From: an uncultured Anaerolineales bacterium
GTDB taxonomy: Bacteria > Chloroflexota > Anaerolineae > B4-G1
Direction: 5' to 3'
Assembly (NCBI GenBank): GCA_964421785.1
Contig: CAYQZG010000009.1
Span: forward strand, 1 to 54,247
DNA: 54,247 bases
How positions within the stretch are numbered: the first letter of the stretch is position 1; every line of letters starts with the position of its first letter. Positions 26,190-33,572 of the stretch are shown one piece after another. Under the pieces are notes generated by a model. That model searched no databases. It saw nothing but the letters and a program-made list of their open reading frames with translations, and was not told the DNA's origin. Position numbers and translations under genes: made by a program.

Positions 26190-27083
26190 CTACGCCAAGG
26201 ACAGGTTCACGGCCATCAGAACTGGGGTCGCAATACAGATGACGACGTTGAGCTTCAGATAGGGTGCCAGCTTCTGCGTGTGCTCTGCATGGCGGTATGC
26301 ACCAACAACGGTGGGCACTGCTGCTACCAGCATGAGCAAGGCCACGAGACTGGCAGAAGGCAGCAGCCCAAGTGAGACGCCTGCGACGATAGCCACGAAG
26401 GCGAGCAGCATGAAGGATCCATATATCAGGCTGCTGGGCCGACGGCCGATGACGATGGGATAATGCCTTCTGGCGACGATCTTGTCCGCGTCCACGTCGG
26501 GGAACTGGTTCAACAACAGAAGGTTGTTCACGAGGAAGAAAGGGGTGAGCGATGCTGCGAAGGCTGTCCAAGAATAGGAGCCTGTCAGCACGAAGTCGGT
26601 GCCCATCACCATCAGGAGCCCGAAGCCGAGGCCGGGGGCAATCAGGCAGAGGAGAGGGAGCTTGGCCAGCCAGGGAGTGTAGATCACCACGATCAGCAGG
26701 CCGAGAAGACCGAGCGGCAGGAGCTCCCAGCCCCAGATCCAGACGAAGAATAGGCCGATGCCAGCAGTCACCACCAAGGTTATCAGGCCCAGGGCCAGCA
26801 CCTGTCCGGCCAGATCGGGGTGGGCGGGCAGCGTTCCGCTCCCCCCGCTGAAGGGCGTTCGGTTGGTGTGGAAATCCAACTCGCTCTTGAAGTCGAAGTA
26901 CTCGTTTAGGGTGTCGACGCTGATGTGGGCACACAGCGCGCCGACGAGGGCCAGGATAGCGTAGAGGGCGTTGACATGCTCGGACGTCCAGACGGCGGTG
27001 CCGATCCCCAGAAGCAGGCAGGCCGGCGTCAGAATCAGGAAGGGCGGTCGCGTTGTAGCAAAGAGATGCTTGAATCTGTTCAC
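26190..27083 (-). CDS. UbiA family prenyltransferase (MenA-like)
   Basis: 297-aa ORF with 8-9 TM segments and the Asp-rich motif NEYFDFKSELD. It is the first gene of the long minus-strand cluster. Confidence 0.8.
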   Translation of the reverse strand: MNRFKHLFATTRPPFLILTPACLLLGIGTAVWTSEHVNALYAILALVGALCAHISVDTLNEYFDFKSELDFHTNRTPFSGGSGTLPAHPDLAGQVLALGLITLVVTAGIGLFFVWIWGWELLPLGLLGLLIVVIYTPWLAKLPLLCLIAPGLGFGLLMVMGTDFVLTGSYSWTAFAASLTPFFLVNNLLLLNQFPDVDADKIVARRHYPIVIGRRPSSLIYGSFMLLAFVAIVAGVSLGLLPSASLVALLMLVAAVPTVVGAYRHAEHTQKLAPYLKLNVVICIATPVLMAVNLSLA

Positions 27084-27142
27084 ATCAAGTCCTTATTCGT
27101 GGGTGGCGCAACGAACGTCAGATCGTGAGCTAGCTTGACCGG

Positions 27143-27172
27143 ATTGTATCATGTCTAGGAGATTATGCCCAA
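27143..27172 (-). promoter_or_regulatory. putative promoter of the UbiA-to-methyltransferase cluster
   Basis: The minus strand reads TTGGGC (27172-27167), 18-nt spacer, TGaTACAAT (extended -10, hexamer at 27148-27143). Confidence 0.4.
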
Positions 27173-27216
27173 TAGCATAGGCCGTGCACTCGCCCTGGCT
27201 TCTCGTCGGGTCATGC

Positions 27217-27245
27217 TTGGCAGAAAGTGGACAGTGTTGTACAAT
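27217..27245 (+). promoter_or_regulatory. sigma70-type promoter of the response-regulator gene
   Basis: TTGGCA (27217-27222), 17-nt spacer, TACAAT (27240-27245). Confidence 0.6.
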
Positions 27246-27297
27246 GGACTGACGAGTCGCAGGGCCAGACGGAGGTGATTGAGAGGAGCGAGCTTGC

Positions 27298-28044
27298 ATG
27301 GCTGAGACGTTGAAGACCCTGGTGGTAGATGACGAGCAAGGGATTCGTTTCTTTCTGGAGAAGACGCTGACGAAAGCAGGTCACACTGTGACCACGGCCG
27401 CCAGCGGCGAAGAGGCCCTCGAGGCGCTGCGCGACAACAGGTTCGATCTGATGCTTCTGGATCTAAGACTGGGCGGGCGGGTCGATGGATTGCGCGTCTT
27501 GGAGGCCGTGCGATGGCGTTGGCCATCGACCATCGTCATCATGTTAACGGCTCACGGGTCGCTCGAATCGGCCCAGGCGGCGATTGAGGAGGGGGTGGAT
27601 GGCTATCTGCTCAAGCCGGTCGAGCCTAACGAGGTCCGCGAGGCGATCGAGGAGGCGCTTGAGAGGCGTGAACGCGTCGTTGAGTCCCATGCCGAGACAC
27701 AGGCCCGGAAGAAGCATATGCAGCTTGGGCCTTTCTTCATCGATCGGCAGAAATATGTGGCCACATACAAGGGAGAGCCTCTCGAGTTGACGCGTCGTGA
27801 GTTCAAGCTGTTGGTCCATTTGATGGACAACGCGCAGCGGGTGGTTCCCCCCCCAGAGTTGGTGCGTGTGGCGCGCGACTACGATCCCGAGGACATACAG
27901 GAGGCGCGTGACATCATCAAGTGGTACATCCACCGGCTGCGCCAGAAGGTAGAACCGAATCCATCGAATCCACGCTACATTGTGAACGTGCGGGGCGTCG
28001 GGTATCGGTTCGTGGAGAGCGGTTCGTCAGCCTCTGAGACTTGA
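27298..28044 (+). CDS. OmpR/PhoB-family response regulator (receiver + winged helix)
   Basis: The receiver domain begins VVDDEQ and has the phospho-acceptor context LMLLDLRL. The C-terminal trans_reg_C pattern is IHRLRQKVE...VRGVGYRF. Confidence 0.9.
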   Translation: MAETLKTLVVDDEQGIRFFLEKTLTKAGHTVTTAASGEEALEALRDNRFDLMLLDLRLGGRVDGLRVLEAVRWRWPSTIVIMLTAHGSLESAQAAIEEGVDGYLLKPVEPNEVREAIEEALERRERVVESHAETQARKKHMQLGPFFIDRQKYVATYKGEPLELTRREFKLLVHLMDNAQRVVPPPELVRVARDYDPEDIQEARDIIKWYIHRLRQKVEPNPSNPRYIVNVRGVGYRFVESGSSASET

Positions 28045-28169
28045 CGGACCGGCTTCTCGCCGATTTGCTTCGTCACCCTCCTGCCTTATCGCTTTATCGC
28101 TTTGCTTAGAACAGTCAACGGGTCGACGCGACCAACGAAATTCCAACTGTTTCAAACCTGACCCAACAC

Positions 28170-28207
28170 GAGTCCTAACCGAGTCCATCGGTTGGGACTC
28201 TTTTTTT
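28170..28207 (+). terminator. intrinsic terminator
   Basis: GAGTCCTAACCGAgtccaTCGGTTGGGACTC followed by TTTTTTT, about 125 nt after the regulator stop. Confidence 0.75.
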
Positions 28208-28348
28208 GTGCTATACTTGATGTTAGGTTGCTGACGATATCTTGACGGGGAGACGTTGGAGGGACGATGGAGGAGGCGAGAGGCGGGAGAAAGGATGCAG
28301 GGGGCAAGATATGGTAGCGAAAACGGATTGGGCGTGTAGTGAGCAACC

Positions 28349-29626
28349 TTGTCGAGGTACGTGGTGACGCAGACGGCTCTTTTCTACCGTTTTGGTGCGG
28401 CGCTGGCTATCGGCGTGCTGGTCGGTTTGCAGCGGGAGTACGCCTACGGAGGCTCTGACGAAGAGCTGTTTGCAGGGGTGCGTACCTTTCCTTTGATCAG
28501 CTTGCTAGGCTCGACTGGCGCGTTGCTATCTGATGAGCTCTCAAGTCCCTGGGGACTTGTTGGGTTGCTCTTACCGATGGGTGCGTTGATCGTCGCCGCT
28601 CATCTTGTTGGGGCCCGGCGGCGTGGAGGCTTGGGGCTGACAACGGAGATGGCGACGTTGCTCGTGTTTGCCGCTGGGGCTCTCTGCTACTGGGATTATC
28701 TTCCACTGGCTGCAGCTGTCGGCGTGGCGGCAACGGTTCTCTTGTCGCTCAAGCCGGAGATGCACGCTTTTGCGCAGCAGATCACGCGGGAGGACGTATA
28801 CGCGACGCTGAAGTTTGCTGTCATCACGGTGATTGTGCTGCCGTTGCTGCCGGACCGTGGTTTCGGGCCGGAGCCGCTGAACGTCGTCAATCCCCATGAG
28901 ATCTGGCTGATGGTGGTTCTGATCTCCGGCATCAGTTTTCTCGGGTACGTATTGATCAAGTTCATCGGACCGCGGCAGGGAATCAGCTTGACGGGCTTCT
29001 TGGGTGGTATCATATCCAGCACGCCAGTGACCCTCAGTTTCTCTCAGCGCAGTCAAGAAGAGGATGAATTGGCGAATCCCTTTGCCTTGGCGATCATCAT
29101 AGCTTGGGCTATGACTTATTTGCGTGTGCTGGTGGAGGCCGCGACACTGAACTCACAGCTGTTCGGAAGGCTTTGGCCATCGATGTTGGCTGCGTCGTTG
29201 GTGGGCTTGGCCTACGGTGCCTACCTCTACACCTCGCAGCCCACGAGAGAGGAGGGGGAGGTCCCGTTCTCAAATCCGTTTGAGCTCGGGACGGCGCTGA
29301 AGTTTGGGCTTCTCTATGCTGTGGTGCTGGTGGTCTCAAAGGCTGCTGGCGTCTACGCCGGAGATGCTGGGGTCTATCTTTCCAGTTTTATTTCTGGTCT
29401 CCCTGACGCGGATGCCGTGACGCTTTCGATGGCGCAGCTGACCGGCGCAGAAGGGGGTCTCAGTGTAACTACAGGCGCTCGTGCCGTCGTGATTGGCGCG
29501 ATGGCAAACACATTGGCAAAGGGGGGTATCGTTCTCGGGACTGGCGCTCCTGAGCTCAGGCGCGCGATACTGCCGGGACTGTTGCTTATGCTCGTCACTG
29601 GCGTCGCCGTCGCGTTCTTCGTGTAG
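28349..29626 (+). CDS. MgtC/SapB family plus DUF4010 membrane protein
   Basis: 425-aa multi-TM ORF whose N-terminus ALAIGVLVGLQREY is MgtC-like. The start is uncertain: TTG 28349, or GTG 28364 after GAGG. Confidence 0.65.
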   Translation: MSRYVVTQTALFYRFGAALAIGVLVGLQREYAYGGSDEELFAGVRTFPLISLLGSTGALLSDELSSPWGLVGLLLPMGALIVAAHLVGARRRGGLGLTTEMATLLVFAAGALCYWDYLPLAAAVGVAATVLLSLKPEMHAFAQQITREDVYATLKFAVITVIVLPLLPDRGFGPEPLNVVNPHEIWLMVVLISGISFLGYVLIKFIGPRQGISLTGFLGGIISSTPVTLSFSQRSQEEDELANPFALAIIIAWAMTYLRVLVEAATLNSQLFGRLWPSMLAASLVGLAYGAYLYTSQPTREEGEVPFSNPFELGTALKFGLLYAVVLVVSKAAGVYAGDAGVYLSSFISGLPDADAVTLSMAQLTGAEGGLSVTTGARAVVIGAMANTLAKGGIVLGTGAPELRRAILPGLLLMLVTGVAVAFFV

Positions 29627-29660
29627 GTCGACTCGACCTGGGCTGTTTGGGCACGGCATC

Positions 29661-29825
29661 CTAGTGCTGTTTCACACAACAGACCTTGACTTCCTTGCCT
29701 GCTCCCAGGCCCCGTCTCGGGGGCGACTAACGCGTGTTACCAAGCCTACTCTGGAACCTCCGCCCCCGAGACGGGGGCTCAGAGCTAATGAAAAAGCTCA
29801 GGCTAGATGTGTGAAATGGCACTAG
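29661..29825 (+). mobile_element. MITE copy 1 (IS630/Tc1-mariner-style, CTAG target with TA flanks)
   Basis: Terminal inverted repeats are GTGCTGTTTCACACA and TGTGTGAAATGGCAC, each flanked by TA within CTAG. The inner 16-bp hairpin is CCCCGTCTCGGGGGCG/CGCCCCCGAGACGGGG. By-eye alignment shows roughly 90% identity to 32232-32395. Confidence 0.8.
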
Positions 29826-29888
29826 TGTCGTGGGGCAGGAGGCAGGAGGCAAGAAGTTATGAGCAATTCATTTAGGGGGAGATAAGCG

Positions 29889-31166
29889 ATGAAGACCAGA
29901 CGTTTTGCATTGATTGCGGGGCTCGGCTGTGCAGTGGTGATTCTGATTGGAGCTCTGGTAGCCGGGGCGCTCTTTTTCCTGCCCATACGCACTTATTTGG
30001 GACGAGTAGTTCAAGAGAGGGCGACGCCGTCACCCGCTACGATATCTGCGTCGGAAGTGACGCGAGAGGTGGCTGAAGCGGTCCCCACGCTGACGCCAGT
30101 CCCGTTGGAGTCAGAGGACGGGGCGACAGACGATCCCGCTCAGTCGCCCGGCACGGAGGAAGGAGCACAACCATCCCGCATCTCACAGGGGTCTCTGGCG
30201 TCCCTGTATGAAGAGGCGAGTCCAGGTGTGGTCAACATCCGCGTCTACGTCGAGCAGGGCGGGATGACGGGGCAAGGGGCCGGATCGGGGTTTATCATCG
30301 ATGACGAGGGGCATATTGTGACCAACAATCACGTGGTGGCGCAAGCCACGGTGGTCACTGTGATCTTCTACGATGGCTTTGAAGCGCGGGCAGAGATCGT
30401 GGGCAGCGACGCAGACAGCGATCTGGCGGTCCTGAGAGCGGAGGAGATGACGGAGGGGGCAACGCCGCTGCGGCTTGCCGAATCTGATGCTGTGAGGCCG
30501 GGTGACTGGGTGGTCGCCATTGGCAATCCCTTCAGGTTGGGTGGCAGTATGTCTCTCGGCATCGTCAGTGCTGTGGGGCGCGCGATTCCCACCGGGGAGA
30601 CGCCTTTCAGCATCCCGCAGGCTATCCAGACCGACGCGGCGATCAATCCGGGAAATTCAGGGGGGCCATTGCTGAACTTGGATGGTCAGGTGGTGGGGGT
30701 CAACGCACAGATCGCATCGAGCACGGGGACGAACAGCGGTGTTGGGTTTGCGATCCCTTCCGATGTGGTGCGTCGCGTGGCGCCGACCCTGATCGAGAGG
30801 GGAAGCTATGCCTGGCCGTGGCTCGGCGTCACGGGAGGGCCGGTCAACCTGATGGTGCAAGAGGCAAATGGTCTCAGCACGCAGGAAGGTGCCTATATCG
30901 CTTTGGTCGTGGAAAACAGCCCTGCCGCTCGGGCAGGTCTACAAGGAGCTAGTGGCGAGCAGTCCGTTTTGGGCCAGGATGTCCCGGTCGGTGGCGATGT
31001 AGTTGTGGAGGCTGACGGGCAACCTATCCAGGATTTCACGGATCTCCTGGTCTATGTGGCGTTCAAGCGACCTGGCGACGCTGTAACGTTGACGATTCTG
31101 CGTGATGGAAGCCGCCAGGAGGTGACCCTGGAGTTGGCCGCGCGACCGGAGGACTTGGGCCAGTGA
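29889..31166 (+). CDS. HtrA/DegP-family serine protease with PDZ domain, membrane-anchored
   Basis: The catalytic triad contexts are TNNHVV, DSDLAVL and GNSGGPL. There is an N-terminal TM helix and a C-terminal PDZ-like region. Confidence 0.9.
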   Translation: MKTRRFALIAGLGCAVVILIGALVAGALFFLPIRTYLGRVVQERATPSPATISASEVTREVAEAVPTLTPVPLESEDGATDDPAQSPGTEEGAQPSRISQGSLASLYEEASPGVVNIRVYVEQGGMTGQGAGSGFIIDDEGHIVTNNHVVAQATVVTVIFYDGFEARAEIVGSDADSDLAVLRAEEMTEGATPLRLAESDAVRPGDWVVAIGNPFRLGGSMSLGIVSAVGRAIPTGETPFSIPQAIQTDAAINPGNSGGPLLNLDGQVVGVNAQIASSTGTNSGVGFAIPSDVVRRVAPTLIERGSYAWPWLGVTGGPVNLMVQEANGLSTQEGAYIALVVENSPAARAGLQGASGEQSVLGQDVPVGGDVVVEADGQPIQDFTDLLVYVAFKRPGDAVTLTILRDGSRQEVTLELAARPEDLGQ

Positions 31167-32221
31167 TGAAAGAGGCTATGCTTTACGAGAAGCTCTCGGA
31201 CGGGCGTGTCCATTGTCATCTTTGCGCACATGAGTGTAGGATCGCCGAAGGGCAAAAGGGTATCTGTCAGGTGCGGGAGAATCAGGGCGGTACGCTCTAC
31301 ACGCTGGTCTATGGGCGGACCATAGCCAGACATGTGGATCCTGTGGAGAAGAAGCCCTTGTTCCACTTCTACCCGGGCAGCAGAGCGTATTCTGTGGCCA
31401 CACCGGGCTGCAATTTCCGCTGTAGGTGGTGTCAGAACGCGGATATCTCACACCTGCCGCGAGAGCGCCATCTTCAGATGGGCATGGAGGCCAGCCCCAA
31501 GGAGGTCGTTTCCGCCGCACGGCAGAACCGTTGTCGCAGCATCGCCTATACTTACACCGAGCCGACCATCTTCTTCGAGTACTCGTATGACACGGCTCGC
31601 CTGGCGCACGGCCGGTCCCCCAGCCGCGATGGGCATCGCCACGAGGGTATCGCTAACATCTATGTGACAAATGGTTTCATGACCGAGGATATGCTGGAGA
31701 TGTTCGAGCCATACCTGGACGCTGCCAACGTCGACCTGAAGGCGTTCCGCGATGAGACGTATCGCGAGTACATTGGCGGACGCTTGCAGCCGGTGCTGGA
31801 GAGTCTGAGAAAGATGAAGGAGCTTGGCATCTGGCTCGAAGTAACTACATTGGTGATACCGGGCATCAACGATGATCTCGACGAGTTGCGAGACATAGCG
31901 AGTTTCATTGCCGAGGAGCTTGGCCCAGAGACGCCGTGGCACATCAGTCGTTTTCGACCGGCGTTCAAAATGCGCGACAGATCGGCGACCTCGCTTTCGA
32001 CGCTGCGACGGGCACAACGGATTGGGGAGGAGGCGGGGCTACGCTACATCTACCTGGGAAACATCCCGGGTGAGTCGAACACGGTGTGCCACGCGTGCGG
32101 TGAGATGCTGATCCGACGTTCGGGCTACCGGATCGTGGACAATCGCGTGGGCAAGGGGGCACGATGCCCGAACTGCGGCGCCGAGTTGGCGGGTGTGGGG
32201 ATGACGACCACCATGAGGTGA
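31163..32221 (+). CDS. AmmeMemoRadiSam-system-type radical SAM enzyme (PFL-activase-like)
   Basis: The N-terminus is YEKLSDGRVHCHLCAHECRIAEGQKGICQVREN and the cluster motif is CNFRCRWCQN. The start overlaps the htrA stop (GTGATG). Confidence 0.8.
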   Translation: MMKEAMLYEKLSDGRVHCHLCAHECRIAEGQKGICQVRENQGGTLYTLVYGRTIARHVDPVEKKPLFHFYPGSRAYSVATPGCNFRCRWCQNADISHLPRERHLQMGMEASPKEVVSAARQNRCRSIAYTYTEPTIFFEYSYDTARLAHGRSPSRDGHRHEGIANIYVTNGFMTEDMLEMFEPYLDAANVDLKAFRDETYREYIGGRLQPVLESLRKMKELGIWLEVTTLVIPGINDDLDELRDIASFIAEELGPETPWHISRFRPAFKMRDRSATSLSTLRRAQRIGEEAGLRYIYLGNIPGESNTVCHACGEMLIRRSGYRIVDNRVGKGARCPNCGAELAGVGMTTTMR

Positions 32222-32231
32222 CGCAGTCACC

Positions 32232-32395
32232 CTAGTGCGCTTTCACACAACAGACCTTGACATTTTGCTTGCTCCCAGCCCCCGTCTCGGGGGCGACTAA
32301 CGCGTGTTATCAAGCCTACTCCGGAGCCTACGCCCCCGAGACGGGGGCTCAGAGCTAATGGAGAAGTTCAGGCTAGATGTGTGAAATGGCACTAG
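32232..32395 (+). mobile_element. MITE copy 2, same orientation as copy 1
   Basis: It has the same TIRs, the same inner hairpin and the same CTA...TAG flanks as copy 1, and lies immediately after the radical SAM stop. Confidence 0.8.
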
Positions 32396-32615
32396 CAGAC
32401 GACGGCGACAGTAGTCGCCATCTACGCGCCCGTCAGGGATCTTCGACGATACGTAGGGGCCACACATCTTCTGCCCCAGGTCGAAGAGCAGAACAGGCGC
32501 TACGCCGTTCTCACGTTGGCGGTCGGTGTCTTGATCGATGTTGTCATCATCGCGACCAGAGGTTAGGGATGGAGGGCCAGCTGAGGGTTAGACCAATGAA
32601 AGGAGTTGCTCAGCG

Positions 32616-33572
32616 ATGATTGACCATATACTCGTCCCCCTAGATGGGTCATCCTTGGCCGAGTGTGTGCTTCGACACACCGTAGCCATAGGGCGAGCGA
32701 TGGGTTCTCGCGTGACGCTGCTGCGGGCCATCGTCCGCAGCCCTGAGGATGTCCAATCGCGAGCCGTCGATCCGCTGGGTTGGCACATGCGGAAGTCAGA
32801 GGCCGACATCTACCTCGACGAGATCGCGGCAAAGCTGCGAGATGCGGGACTGGAGACAGACACGGTCTTGGTCGAGGGGAATGCCGCTGAACGGATCATT
32901 CAGCGGGCGCGGCAGGAGGATGTCGACCTGATCGTCATGAGCAGCCACGGGCGGAGCGGCTTGAGTGAGTGGAATATCAACAGCGTGGTACAGAAGGTGA
33001 TTCTGCGAGCCTACGTTCCGACGCTGATCGTTCGGGCCTACCGGGAGGTGCATGAGGCGCTGACCGAGCTGGCATACGATCGGCTCCTGGTGCCGCTGGA
33101 CGGATCCAAGCGCGCCGAGTGCGTCCTGCCCTGGGTACGAAGTCTGGCCGAGTTCCACGAGAGCAAGGTCGTCTTGGCACACGTGGTCAACCAGCCCGAG
33201 GTAGCTCGCCGTGCCCCCCTGACGGAGCAGGAAACAGACTTGGTGAGCCAGCTCACGGCGCTCAACAAGATGAAGGGCGAGCGGTATCTCCAAGAGCTAG
33301 GATCTCGTCTGAGCTTGGAGGCGAAGACGCGTTTGCTGGTCAGCGAGAACCCGGCAGCGGCTCTTCACAAGCTGGTTGGCGAAGAGGAGATAGACCTAGT
33401 CCTTATAGCGGCTCACGGCTATTCCGGAGAGACCATGTGGCCCTACGGCAGCATAGCGCTGAACTTCATCGCCTACGGTTCGGAACCCCTGCTGATTATC
33501 CAGGACGTGTCGCCCGAGGAGGCGGGGATGACTGAGGCCGAGCGGGTTGCCAAGGAGTATGCAGGGCACTGA
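32616..33572 (+). CDS. universal stress protein, tandem USP domains
   Basis: AAGGAG RBS. The two USP-like halves contain ILVPLDGS...DLIVMSSHGRSG and LLVPLDGS...DLVLIAAHGYSG. Confidence 0.85.
   Translation: MIDHILVPLDGSSLAECVLRHTVAIGRAMGSRVTLLRAIVRSPEDVQSRAVDPLGWHMRKSEADIYLDEIAAKLRDAGLETDTVLVEGNAAERIIQRARQEDVDLIVMSSHGRSGLSEWNINSVVQKVILRAYVPTLIVRAYREVHEALTELAYDRLLVPLDGSKRAECVLPWVRSLAEFHESKVVLAHVVNQPEVARRAPLTEQETDLVSQLTALNKMKGERYLQELGSRLSLEAKTRLLVSENPAAALHKLVGEEEIDLVLIAAHGYSGETMWPYGSIALNFIAYGSEPLLIIQDVSPEEAGMTEAERVAKEYAGH

Noticed and set aside
28208-28348. Possible Mg2+ (M-box) riboswitch upstream of the MgtC-like gene, suggested by a GTTAGGT start and a purine-rich tract
   Set aside because: Beyond the GTTAGGT heptamer, none of the conserved M-box blocks can be aligned, and the region is shorter than a full M-box. 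I treat it as an ordinary leader with a purine-rich stretch.
29493-29825. 110-aa ORF, and the 80-aa ORF at 32377-32619, extending into or out of the MITE copies
   Set aside because: They depend on MITE sequence that is present twice with frame-breaking differences. They have no RBS, and their composition is non-protein-like.
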